DNA from: Armatimonadota bacterium
Lineage (GTDB): Bacteria > Sysuimicrobiota > Sysuimicrobiia > Sysuimicrobiales > Humicultoraceae
Length of the DNA stretch: 48,755 bases
Reading direction: 5' to 3'
Assembly (NCBI GenBank): GCA_037443365.1
Contig: JBBIOM010000012.1
Location: 1,250-50,004 of the forward strand
The notes under the pieces were generated by a model. That model was given only the letters and a program-made list of their open reading frames with translations. It searched no databases and had not been told where the DNA came from. Position numbers and translations under genes: made by a program. Positions 30,287 through 39,398 of the stretch are shown in pieces (within the stretch, counting starts at the first letter, position 1; every line of letters begins with the position of its first letter).

Positions 30287-31873
30287 ATGCAGATGAGGCG
30301 GTGGGGAACCTTCCCTGTTCTTCTTGTGGTCTTGGCCCTGCTTTCCGGACTCGCGGGCACCGGCGGCGCGGCGCCGGCGCGCGGGGGCACGCTCACGATG
30401 GTGATCGGCTCGGATCCTCCTTCGCTCGACCCGCACCGCACGCCGTCGGTCAACATCGCGCACGCCGTGATGTACGAGACCCTGGTGACCGTGGACCGGC
30501 GCACGGGCGAGTTCATCCCGGCGCTGGCGGAGTCCTGGGAGATCTCCCCGGACGGGACCGCGATAACCTTCAAGCTGCGGCGGGGAGTGAAGTTCCACGA
30601 CGGCACCCCATTCAACGCGGCGGCGGTGAAGGCCACCTTCGACCGCCTGGTGAGCAAGGAGACGAACGCGCCGGGCGCGTCCTGGGTGGGCACGCTGACG
30701 CGAACCGATGTCGTGGACGACTTCACCGTGCGCCTGGTTTTCTCCAAGCCGTACGCCCCGATCTTCTCGTCGCTGCGCATCTCCTTCCTGGCGATCCTCT
30801 CCCCGGCCGCCATCGCCAAGATGGGCGCCGACTACGGCCAGAACCCGGTCGGCACAGGGCCGTTCCGGTTCAAGCAGTGGGTCCCAAACGACCGCATCGT
30901 CTACGAGCGCAACCCGGACTACGCATGGGGACCCGCGCACTACAAGAACCGCGGCGCGCCCTACGTTGATCAGCTCATCATCCGGATCATCCCGGACGAG
31001 GCCACCCGGGTGATCGCGTTCGAGCGCGGCGACATCGACATCCTGCCGGGCGCGCCGGCACGGGACGCCCGGCGCATGATGCGCGACGGCAAGTTCCCGT
31101 TCATCCAGATACCGACCACCAGCGGCACCTACCTGGGGCTCAACGTCAAGCGGGCGCCCGTGAACGACGTGCGCGTGCGCCGGGCCATCGGGCACGCCAT
31201 CAACACCGACGAGGTGGCGCGCATCGCGCTGGAAGGCCTGGCTGTGCCGATGATGAGCCCGATCGCGCCGACGATCTGGGGATACTGGGACGGCGTCCGG
31301 CAGTTCGCCCTCAACCACGACGTCGAGCGCTCCAGAGCGCTGCTGGCCGAGGCCGGCTACCGGCCGGGCCCCGGCGGGGCGATGACAAAGGACGGCAAGC
31401 CCCTCGAGTTCACGGTCTGGACCTACGCCCGCATGACCAACGTGCGCATAGCCGTCGTCCTGCAGGCGCAGCTGCGGGCCGCCGGCATCAAGCTGAACAT
31501 AGAGCAGATGGAGCCGGCCACGCTCCTGGCCTCGACCCAGCGCGGGGAGCACGACGCGATCCTGATCTCGTACGGGTGGCCCGACGCCGACATCCTCTTC
31601 TACTTCTTCCACAGCAGCCGGCTGCCGACGACCAACCGTGTGCACTACGTCAATCCCCAGGTGGACAAGCTGCTCGAGGACGGTCAGACAACGGTGGATA
31701 CGGCCAAGCGGCTCGAGGTCTACAAGCAGCTCCAGCGCGTACTGCTGGCCGAGGTGCCCTGGGTGCCGCTGGCCTCCGAGCTCTCGGTCAACTTCAACCA
31801 GGCGTACGTGCAGGACATCTACTACGACAAGTACGGAAACCTGCTGCTGCTGGACGCGGTCCGGACGCGGTAG
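30287..31873 (+). CDS. Peptide/nickel ABC transporter substrate-binding protein (family 5)
   Basis: Signal peptide, SLDP, PALAESW, FKLRRGVKFHDGTPFNA, PVGTGPF, VRRAIGHAIN. Confidence 0.93.
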   Translation: MQMRRWGTFPVLLVVLALLSGLAGTGGAAPARGGTLTMVIGSDPPSLDPHRTPSVNIAHAVMYETLVTVDRRTGEFIPALAESWEISPDGTAITFKLRRGVKFHDGTPFNAAAVKATFDRLVSKETNAPGASWVGTLTRTDVVDDFTVRLVFSKPYAPIFSSLRISFLAILSPAAIAKMGADYGQNPVGTGPFRFKQWVPNDRIVYERNPDYAWGPAHYKNRGAPYVDQLIIRIIPDEATRVIAFERGDIDILPGAPARDARRMMRDGKFPFIQIPTTSGTYLGLNVKRAPVNDVRVRRAIGHAINTDEVARIALEGLAVPMMSPIAPTIWGYWDGVRQFALNHDVERSRALLAEAGYRPGPGGAMTKDGKPLEFTVWTYARMTNVRIAVVLQAQLRAAGIKLNIEQMEPATLLASTQRGEHDAILISYGWPDADILFYFFHSSRLPTTNRVHYVNPQVDKLLEDGQTTVDTAKRLEVYKQLQRVLLAEVPWVPLASELSVNFNQAYVQDIYYDKYGNLLLLDAVRTR

Positions 31874-31920
31874 GTGACCGTGCCGCAGGCCGGCCGATGC
31901 GGGATCGCGTGATCTGAGCC

Positions 31921-32841
31921 GTGCTTCGCTACGTCGTCCGACGGCTGCTGCACCTGGTCCCGGTTCTGCTGGGCATCTCGTTCCTGGTGTTCCTGCTGGT
32001 CCATCTGGTTCCGGGGGATCCGGTGCGCGTCATGCTGGCCGATGCCGGATCCCCGGAGCAGGTGGAGCGGATGCGCCATCAGCTGGGTCTGGACCGTCCG
32101 CTCCACGTTCAGTACGTCTCGTTCGTCGTGCGCGCCGCCCAGGGGGACTTCGGGCGCTCGATCCACACGCGCCGCCCGGTCGCCCATGAGATCGGGTTCC
32201 GCATCCCCTACACGGTGCGCATGGCGGTGGCTGCCACGCTGGTCGCGGTGGCGATGGGCGTCGTGCTGGGCGCGATCGCGGCGATCCATCACCAGTCGCC
32301 GCTCGACTATGGCACCATGGTGGTCGCGCTGGCGGGCGTCTCGCTGCCCAACTTCTGGCTGGGGCTGGTGCTCATCCTGATCTTCTCGCTCTACCTGCGC
32401 TGGCTGCCCCCGGCCGGCGCCGACAGTTGGCTGCACCTGATCCTGCCCGCGATCACGCTGGGCACAAGCTCGTCGGCCATCATCGCGCGCCTGACGCGTT
32501 CGTCCATGCTCGAGGTGCTGCGCCAGGACTACGTGCGCACCGCGCGCGCCAAGGGCGTGGGTCCCCGCCGGCTCGTGTACCGGCACGCGCTCAAGAACGC
32601 GATGATACCGGTGGTCTCGATCGTCGGGATGCAGTTCGCCAGCCTGCTCGGCGGCGCGGTGATCGTCGAGACCGTGTTCGGGTGGCCCGGGATAGGCCGG
32701 CTCGCCGTGGACGCGATCTTCACGCGCGACATACCCGTGATCCAGGCGGTGGTGTTGGTGGCGGCCGTGATCTTCGTCTTCACGAACCTGCTGGTGGATC
32801 TGCTCTACGGCCTGCTGGATCCCCGCATCCGGTACGCGTGA
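31921..32841 (+). CDS. Peptide ABC transporter permease (DppB/OppB-like)
   Basis: PGDP, LGLDRPL..QY, PNFWLG, RSSMLEVLRQDYVRTARAKG, ETVFGWPG, LDPRIR. Confidence 0.93.
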   Translation: MLRYVVRRLLHLVPVLLGISFLVFLLVHLVPGDPVRVMLADAGSPEQVERMRHQLGLDRPLHVQYVSFVVRAAQGDFGRSIHTRRPVAHEIGFRIPYTVRMAVAATLVAVAMGVVLGAIAAIHHQSPLDYGTMVVALAGVSLPNFWLGLVLILIFSLYLRWLPPAGADSWLHLILPAITLGTSSSAIIARLTRSSMLEVLRQDYVRTARAKGVGPRRLVYRHALKNAMIPVVSIVGMQFASLLGGAVIVETVFGWPGIGRLAVDAIFTRDIPVIQAVVLVAAVIFVFTNLLVDLLYGLLDPRIRYA

Positions 32842-33689
32842 TGGAAGCCGGGCGGTCGCACTGGGCGATAGGCCTCAGCCGGATTCGCCGCAACCGCGGC
32901 GCCGCGGCCGGCGTGGTCATCGTGCTGTTCTTCATCGCGGCCTCGGCGCTGGCCCCGTGGTTGACCGACGACGATCCGTTGGCGGTGCAGTTCGATCAGC
33001 GCTTCGCGCCGCCGTCGCTGCGGCATCCCCTGGGGACCGACTCGTTCGGTCGCGACCTGCTTAGCCGCGTGCTCTACGGCGGCCGGCTCTCGCTCTCGGT
33101 GGGGCTGATCGCCATCGGCATCTCGGACGTGGTGGGCATACCGCTCGGCCTCATCACCGGGTACCGGGGAGGCCGGTTCGACGACGTGGTCATGCGGCTC
33201 GTGGACCTGTGGCTGGCGTTCCCCGGGCTGCTCGTGGCGATAGCCATCGTGGCCGTCCTGGGTCCGGGCCTGCAGAACGTCATGATCGCCATCGGGATCG
33301 GCGGCATCCCCGGGCTGGTGCGGCTGGTGCGCGGCAACGTGCTCTCCGTGCGGGAGCAGGAGTTCGTGGAGGCCGCGCGCGCGATCGGGGGCGGCGACGC
33401 GCACGTCGTGCGCGTGCACATCTTCCCCAACGTGCTGGCCCCAATCATCGTGCTCACCACGCTGCGCCTGGCCGGCGCGATCCTCTCAGGGGTGGGGTTG
33501 AGCTTCCTGGGCCTGGGCGCGCAGCCGCCGTCCCCGGAGTGGGGCGCGATCGTGGCCGAGGGAAGGGCCTACCTGCGCGAGGCGTGGTGGGTCTCCACGC
33601 TGCCCGGTGTCGCGATCTTCGCAACCGTGATGGGCTTCAACCTTCTGGGGGATGGCCTCCGCGACGCGTTCGACCCGCGCCTGAGGTAG
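32841..33689 (+). CDS. Peptide ABC transporter permease (DppC/OppC-like)
   Basis: HPLGTDSFGRD, EFVEAARAIG, LSFLGLGAQPPSPEWG, FNLLGDGLRD. Confidence 0.93.
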   Translation: MEAGRSHWAIGLSRIRRNRGAAAGVVIVLFFIAASALAPWLTDDDPLAVQFDQRFAPPSLRHPLGTDSFGRDLLSRVLYGGRLSLSVGLIAIGISDVVGIPLGLITGYRGGRFDDVVMRLVDLWLAFPGLLVAIAIVAVLGPGLQNVMIAIGIGGIPGLVRLVRGNVLSVREQEFVEAARAIGGGDAHVVRVHIFPNVLAPIIVLTTLRLAGAILSGVGLSFLGLGAQPPSPEWGAIVAEGRAYLREAWWVSTLPGVAIFATVMGFNLLGDGLRDAFDPRLR

Positions 33690-34335
33690 CCAGCGCGCAC
33701 GCCACCAGATACCCGGCCGCGACAGGGTCCAGCACCGGCACACCCAGGGCGTCCTGCAGCCGCGATGCGGTCCCTGCCAGGGCCGCGCACCCCAGTATGA
33801 TCGCGCCGGCGCGATCCTCGTCGCGGGCGAGGAGCGCTTCCCTGTGGATCGCCCGGTAGCAGGCCTCCGGATCGTCCTGGATCGCCTGGACCGATAGCTC
33901 GATGGACCTCCAGGCGCACACGCGGTGCGCCATCCCGGTGTGGCGCGCGTTCTGCTCCATCTTCGGCAGCCACTTCCAGTCCCCGATCAGAACGGCCATC
34001 CGCGAGGCGAGGAAGCCGCCCAGCATGAGGCTCGCCTCGGCGATCCCCACGACCGGGACCTCCAGCACCTCGCGAAGAGCCCACATGCCGGGATCGTAGA
34101 AGCAGCCGATGCTGACCGCGCCTATGCCGTGGGCGCGCACATAGCCCGGCAGGATCCCAAGCATCTCGCCGACGGCAGCGTGCTCGTCCGTGAAGTGCTC
34201 GAGGTCCGCCGGGCCGCCTGGGAGGTCAATCACGTGCGCGTCAATCCCCGGGGCCAGGGCCGCCAGGTAGGCCCTCACCTGCTCGACCCGACCCGGGCGG
34301 GCGCGCACGGGAATTACGTGCAGAACGGACGGCAT
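33637..34335 (-). CDS. Asp/Glu/hydantoin racemase family protein (hydantoin/allantoin racemase type)
   Basis: Two-Cys motifs IGCFYDPG and ILGCAAL; PVVGIAEAS; GVPVLDPV. Confidence 0.88.
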   Translation of the reverse strand: MPSVLHVIPVRARPGRVEQVRAYLAALAPGIDAHVIDLPGGPADLEHFTDEHAAVGEMLGILPGYVRAHGIGAVSIGCFYDPGMWALREVLEVPVVGIAEASLMLGGFLASRMAVLIGDWKWLPKMEQNARHTGMAHRVCAWRSIELSVQAIQDDPEACYRAIHREALLARDEDRAGAIILGCAALAGTASRLQDALGVPVLDPVAAGYLVACALATSGAGRTRRGGHPPEG

Positions 34336-34350
34336 CGCTCCGGCGACCCG

Positions 34351-35415
34351 CTAGTAGCCCGGCACCCGGAGCGCCCGGCAGGCCGATGCGACCCCGGGAT
34401 GCACGTACCTGCCGTCGGTCTGCAGCGGCTCTCCGTCCAGGTAGATCGTGGGAGCGGGCAGCACGCAGTCGGTGTGCGCGGCCGCCTTCCATCCCGTGGC
34501 CTTCATCTGAGCGCCCTGCGTCCCGATCCCCATCGTGAAGCAGCCGAACATGCGCTCGTCCTCCACGATGCGCCCGGTGCGCCGGGTCACGCCCGGGTTG
34601 AAGCCCAGCGAGTAGTGCGCCACGCGGTACATGTTCGGGTCGCCAAACGCCGCCAGCCATCGCTCGTATATGCGCGCCTCGCTCCCGCCGTCAACGCGTC
34701 GCACGATTCCCGACTCGATGGTCAGGGTCACGGGAGAGCGAACCATCCCCACATCCGCGGGCGGCCAGATGGTGCCGTCAACCACCACGTGCCCGTTGAT
34801 CGTGCCCTCCAGCGGGCACCAGGATATCTGGCCTCCCAGCATGATCGGCTCTCCCGGCGTATCCGCCAGCTTGCCCGAGTGCCGGATGAAGCGGCCGCCG
34901 TTGTCCGCCACCAGGTCCGTCCCGGCGGCGTTGGTCAGCCGGACGACCCTGGCCCTACCCACGAGGGCCAGCAGCGTCTCTCCCAGCGCGATCACGCCGG
35001 GGTAGTCAACCTGACCGACCGACCTCACCAGCAGATCCGCGTCCACGCCCGAGAGGCAGATGTAGCGCGCGCCGTGTTGCATGGCGGCGTGGTACGCGTT
35101 GGAGTAGAGCAGGTAGCCCACCGCGTACTCGATCCATATGTCGGCCGCCGCTATCGCGGCGGCGACAGGCTGCGGCGGCTCCAGGCCGCTGCCCAGCCGG
35201 GTCGGATACCACAGGACCACCGGCACCGCGCCTGCCCCATGTGCCGCGGCGGCCGTGGCCTCCACCACGCGGGGATCGCTGCTCGTATCGGCGGTGATGG
35301 CCACCGTCTCGCCTGGCTTCGCCAGCATGACCTGCTCCACCAGCTTGCGGGCGGCGCCCGCAACCTCGAACGACAGGTACCCCTTCATCGCCTCCGTGCC
35401 TAGCGCGAACTCCAT
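34351..35415 (-). CDS. M29/aminopeptidase-T-fold protein (NicX-like His/His-x-Asp subgroup)
   Basis: AKPGETVAITADT, GTDL, INGHVVVDG, VAHYSLGFNP, EDERMFG, AHTDCVLPAPTIYLDG; SD GAGGAGG before ATG 35415. Confidence 0.75.
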   Translation of the reverse strand: MEFALGTEAMKGYLSFEVAGAARKLVEQVMLAKPGETVAITADTSSDPRVVEATAAAAHGAGAVPVVLWYPTRLGSGLEPPQPVAAAIAAADIWIEYAVGYLLYSNAYHAAMQHGARYICLSGVDADLLVRSVGQVDYPGVIALGETLLALVGRARVVRLTNAAGTDLVADNGGRFIRHSGKLADTPGEPIMLGGQISWCPLEGTINGHVVVDGTIWPPADVGMVRSPVTLTIESGIVRRVDGGSEARIYERWLAAFGDPNMYRVAHYSLGFNPGVTRRTGRIVEDERMFGCFTMGIGTQGAQMKATGWKAAAHTDCVLPAPTIYLDGEPLQTDGRYVHPGVASACRALRVPGY

Positions 35416-36422
35416 GACGGTTCCTCCTCGCCCGCGGCGACCGCCGCGCGGCCGTACAGGATGCAACTCGCGTGGTGGCTGCTCCCGACCGGAACGAGCC
35501 CTGGGACGATCCGGTCGCACTCCTCGACGCGCGCGTAGCACCGCGGGTGGAACGAGCACCCGGGCGGGACGTTGGCCGGGCTCGGGATCTCGCCGCCGAG
35601 CGCGATCTTCTCGGGCACCAGCGCGCTCTCCTCATCGGACACGGTGGGGATCGTCGAGAGCAGGGCGCGCGTGTACGGGTGCTTGGGGTCCGCAAACAGC
35701 CTGGCGACGGGGGCCATCTCCACAACCTTCCCCAGGTACATGACCGCGATCTCCTCCGCGAAGTTCCGCACAAGACTCAGGTCGTGGGAGATGACCAGGT
35801 ACGTCAGCCCCATGTCGCGCTGGAGCCGGCGCAGCAGCGTGATGATCTTGGCCTGGACCGACACGTCCAGGGCCGAGGTGGGCTCGTCCAGGACGATGAA
35901 ACGAGGCGAGAGGGCCAGGGCGCGCGCAATCGCCACGCGCTGGCGCTGGCCGCCGCTCAGCGCGTGCGGGTACCGGAACATGAAGTCACGGGGCGGGAGC
36001 TCCACGCGCTCCAAGAGCTCGCCCACCCTGCGGCGGCGCTCCGAGGGCGTGCCCCTGCGGTGGATCAGCAGCGGCTCCTCGATGATCTCACTGACGCGGC
36101 GGCGCGGGTTGAGCGACGAGGCCGGATTCTGGAACACGATCTGCATCTTCTGGCGCACGGGCCGCAGCGCCCCTTCGTCGAGCGCCGTGATCTCGCTGCC
36201 ATCAAAGGTGACGCGCCCCGAGGTGGGCGAGAGCAGGCGCAGGATCACCCGTGCAAGCGTGGTCTTGCCCGAACCGCTCTCGCCCACGAGCGCGAGCGTG
36301 GCTCCCTCTGGTATGCGCAGGCTGACCCCGTCCACGGCCCTGACCTCTCCCACCCTGCGGCGCAGGAAGCCTTGCGTTATCGGGAAGTGCTTGACGACCG
36401 AGGTGACCTCGACGAGCCCCAT
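35400..36422 (-). CDS. Oligopeptide ABC ATP-binding protein (OppF/DppF-like)
   Basis: AVDGVS, GESGSGKT, YPHALSGGQRQR, DEPTSALDVSVQ, HPYT, GCSFHPRC. Confidence 0.93.
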   Translation of the reverse strand: MGLVEVTSVVKHFPITQGFLRRRVGEVRAVDGVSLRIPEGATLALVGESGSGKTTLARVILRLLSPTSGRVTFDGSEITALDEGALRPVRQKMQIVFQNPASSLNPRRRVSEIIEEPLLIHRRGTPSERRRRVGELLERVELPPRDFMFRYPHALSGGQRQRVAIARALALSPRFIVLDEPTSALDVSVQAKIITLLRRLQRDMGLTYLVISHDLSLVRNFAEEIAVMYLGKVVEMAPVARLFADPKHPYTRALLSTIPTVSDEESALVPEKIALGGEIPSPANVPPGCSFHPRCYARVEECDRIVPGLVPVGSSHHASCILYGRAAVAAGEEEPSWSSR

Positions 36423-37426
36423 CACCCGATCTCCCCGCGCGGGGCGTGGAGGTGACAGGCCACCCAACGCCCCGGCTCGGCCTCAGCCAGGAGCGGCCGG
36501 TGGAGCCGGCACGCCTCCATGCGCAGCGGACAGCGCGGCTCGAACCGGCAGCCGGGCGGAGGGTTGATGTAGTCGGGGATGCGCCCCTCAATCCCCTCGC
36601 CCATCGCCCCGGTCAGGCGCGGCACCGCGGCCAGGAGTCCCCTGGAGTAGGGATGCAGCTGCCTTCGGAACAGCAGGGAGGCCGGCGCGGCCTCGGCGAT
36701 CTCGCCTCCGTACATGACGTAGATGCGATCCGCCACCTGCCGCGCCACCCCCAGGTTGTGGGTGATGTAGAGCACCGACAGGCCGCCGGTGCGGACCAGT
36801 TCCCGCACCTCCATGAGGATCTGATCCTGCACGGAAACATCCAGCGCCGTCCCCAGCTCGTCGGCGATGAGCAGCTCGGGCCTGCCCACCAGCGCCAGGG
36901 CAATCAGCACCCGCTGGCGCATGCCGCCGGAGAGCTCAACCGGGTAGCGCCCGAGGGTGCCCTCGGGGTCAGGGATCCGCACGCGGCGCAGGATCTCCAC
37001 GCACCGCTCACGCACCTCCCCGGTGACGCGCCGCCTCCCGGCCGCGAGCCGGGCGCCCTGCCAGAGCACGACGTCAACGAGCTGCTCGCCCACGGTGAAC
37101 ACGGGGTTCAGCGCCGTAGAAGGGTCCTGGAAGATCATGGCGATCTGGCTGCCGCGAATGCCGTGGAGCTCCTCCTCGCTTGCGCGCACCAGGTCGCGGC
37201 CCTTGAACAGGATCTTGCCCCCGACCGTCTCGGCGTTGGGAGGCAGCAGGCCGAGGACCGCCTTGGCCGTGACGGACTTCCCGCACCCGGTCTCGCCCAC
37301 CAGCGCCACGGTCTCGCCCCGCTGAATCGTGAGGCTGACGCCGTTGATGACGCGGGCCCGCCCCTCGTAGGAGAGCATGTGGATCCCCAGGTCCTGGATC
37401 GCCAGGAGCGGTTCGGTCGCGCTCAC
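36422..37426 (-). CDS. Oligopeptide ABC ATP-binding protein (OppD/DppD-like)
   Basis: GETGCGKS, IFQDPSTALNP, YPVELSGGMRQR, LIADE, GCRFEPRC; GTG start 37426. Confidence 0.92.
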   Translation of the reverse strand: MSATEPLLAIQDLGIHMLSYEGRARVINGVSLTIQRGETVALVGETGCGKSVTAKAVLGLLPPNAETVGGKILFKGRDLVRASEEELHGIRGSQIAMIFQDPSTALNPVFTVGEQLVDVVLWQGARLAAGRRRVTGEVRERCVEILRRVRIPDPEGTLGRYPVELSGGMRQRVLIALALVGRPELLIADELGTALDVSVQDQILMEVRELVRTGGLSVLYITHNLGVARQVADRIYVMYGGEIAEAAPASLLFRRQLHPYSRGLLAAVPRLTGAMGEGIEGRIPDYINPPPGCRFEPRCPLRMEACRLHRPLLAEAEPGRWVACHLHAPRGEIG

Positions 37427-38331
37427 GATCCCGTCTGCCACTGCTCGATGTGCACGTCGAACACATCGCGCAGGCCGTCGCCAAGCAGGTTGAAGCCCAG
37501 CACCGTCAGGAGGATGGCGAACCCCGGAAACGTCGCGGCCCACCAGTATCCCGGCAGGTAGATGCGCCCCTCAGCGATCATGGTGCCCCACTCGGCCGTC
37601 GGGGGCTGAGCGCCCAACCCCAGGAAGCTGAGCCCCGAAGCGGTCAGAATCACGAAGCCCATGTCGAGGGTGACCTTGATGAGGATGGTGGACCAGGCGT
37701 TCGGCAGGATCTCGCGAAAGGCGATCCGCAGCGGCCCCGCGCCCAGCCCGCGGCTGGCCTCCACGAACTGCTCCTCCTTGATCGACAGGACCTGGCCGTA
37801 CACCAGGCGCGTGTACCACGGCCACCAGGCAAACGCGATCGCGATCATCGCGTTTGTCAGGTTGGGGCGCAGCGCCGCGGTGACCGCCAGGGCCAGGGCG
37901 ATCGGGGGAACCGCCAGGAAGACGTCGGTGACCCGCATTATCGCGTCGCCGACCCGGCCTCCCCAGTAGCCTGCTATCAATCCCAGCGGCACGCCCACGG
38001 CCACGGCGATGACCAGCACCACGATGCCCAGAGTGACCGAGATGCGCGCCCCGAACAGCATCCGGGAGAGGACGTCTCTCCCGGCGTCATCGGTTCCCAG
38101 CAGGTTCTTGGGCGATGGCGGGCGCAGGCTGTTCTGGAAGTCCACGAACGACCCGGCGTGCTGGGGATAGGGGGCGAGGACCGGGGCGAACACCGCGGCC
38201 AGGGTGATCACTACCACGATGCCCAGGCCCGCCACCGAGAGGGAGGATTGGCGGAAGCGGAACCACATCTTCCCCCACTCCTGCGTGCGGGCGGCCCCGG
38301 GCGCGTCAGTCGCGGGCGATTCGGCGATCAT
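37423..38331 (-). CDS. Peptide ABC permease (OppC-like)
   Basis: LLGTDDAGRD, FVEASRGLG, LSFLGLGAQPPTAEWG, FNLLGDGLRD. Confidence 0.93.
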   Translation of the reverse strand: MIAESPATDAPGAARTQEWGKMWFRFRQSSLSVAGLGIVVVITLAAVFAPVLAPYPQHAGSFVDFQNSLRPPSPKNLLGTDDAGRDVLSRMLFGARISVTLGIVVLVIAVAVGVPLGLIAGYWGGRVGDAIMRVTDVFLAVPPIALALAVTAALRPNLTNAMIAIAFAWWPWYTRLVYGQVLSIKEEQFVEASRGLGAGPLRIAFREILPNAWSTILIKVTLDMGFVILTASGLSFLGLGAQPPTAEWGTMIAEGRIYLPGYWWAATFPGFAILLTVLGFNLLGDGLRDVFDVHIEQWQTGS

Positions 38332-39338
38332 CCCTCACCGTACCTGATCCTTGGGTCAATGTAGCCGTAGAGGATGTCCACGAGAAGGTTGATGATGGCG
38401 TACGCCACCCCGACCACCAGCGTCACGGCGATCACGCCGTTGAAGTCCTTGGCAAGCAGCGTGTCCACGCCGTAGAACGCCAGGCCGGGCCACGCGAACA
38501 CCCTCTCCACCAGGAAGGCGTTCCCCAGCAGGAACCCGTAGCTCAGCCCTATGATGGTCAGCGTGGACGTGAACGCGTTCTTCAGCAGATACCGGTAGAT
38601 GATCAGGTTCGAGGGGAGGCCGTAGGATCGCGCTGCCAGGGCGTGATCGCGTCGCATCTCGTCGATCATGCTGGCGCGGATCAGGCGCATGATCTGCGCC
38701 AGGGTTCCCACCGACAGGGCGAAGGCCGGCATGGCGATGTGCTTCAGCGCTACCATGAAGGCGCGGAGGTCGAGCACGAGCAGGCTGTCCAGCAGGTAGA
38801 GACCGGTGATCTGGGTGGCCGGGGCCGGTCCGCGCCCTATCGTGGGCAGCAGCCCCAGGTGGTAGGCGAAGGCGAGCTGCAGGAGGATCGCGAGCCAGAA
38901 CCTGGGCAGCGCCACGCCCGCCAGGGCCACCACCCTGTTCACGTGGTCCTCCATCGTGTCCTTGCGCACGGCGGCGCGCACTCCCAGGGGAACCCCCAGG
39001 AGTATGGCCAGGACCATGGCCAGGGTCGTGAGTTCCAGCGTCGCCGGGAAGAAGTCCTTGAGGTCCCGGGCCACGGGGCGGCGCGTGAGCAGGGAGTACC
39101 CGAAGTCCCCGCGGAAGACGCCCGAGACGTACGCCAGGTACTGCACGTGCAGCGGCCTGTCCAGCCCCATCTGGCGGCGCAGTTGCTCCACCTGCTCGAT
39201 CGTCGCCTCGGGCCCCAGGGCAAGCCGGACAGGATCCCCGGGCATGACCCTCGAGATGATGAAGATGAGGATGGACAGGCCCACCAACACCGGGACCATG
39301 TGGACGATCCGGCGCAGAACGTACGTTCGAAACGTCAT
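38328..39338 (-). CDS. Peptide ABC permease (OppB-like)
   Basis: MPGDP, GLDRPL..QY, FPATLEL, PRFWL, VERVFAWPG, IDPRIR. Confidence 0.93.
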   Translation of the reverse strand: MTFRTYVLRRIVHMVPVLVGLSILIFIISRVMPGDPVRLALGPEATIEQVEQLRRQMGLDRPLHVQYLAYVSGVFRGDFGYSLLTRRPVARDLKDFFPATLELTTLAMVLAILLGVPLGVRAAVRKDTMEDHVNRVVALAGVALPRFWLAILLQLAFAYHLGLLPTIGRGPAPATQITGLYLLDSLLVLDLRAFMVALKHIAMPAFALSVGTLAQIMRLIRASMIDEMRRDHALAARSYGLPSNLIIYRYLLKNAFTSTLTIIGLSYGFLLGNAFLVERVFAWPGLAFYGVDTLLAKDFNGVIAVTLVVGVAYAIINLLVDILYGYIDPRIRYGEG

Positions 39339-39367
39339 GGGCCTGGCCTTGTCGGCCTACCCCTGCG

Positions 39368-39391
39368 AGGGGGTGGCTTGCGCCACCCCCT
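39368..39391 (-). other. Stable intergenic stem-loop with GCAA (GNRA) tetraloop after the SBP gene
   Basis: + strand AGGGGGTGGC-TTGC-GCCACCCCCT, perfect 10-bp stem; loop reads GCAA on the transcribed strand. Confidence 0.6.
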
Positions 39392-39398
39392 GCGGGCT

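Noticed and set aside
28756-35415. A complete nicotinate (nicXDFE) maleamate pathway
   Set aside because: The racemase has hydantoin-racemase rather than maleate-isomerase motifs; the alpha/beta hydrolase and cysteine hydrolase are in unrelated transcription units
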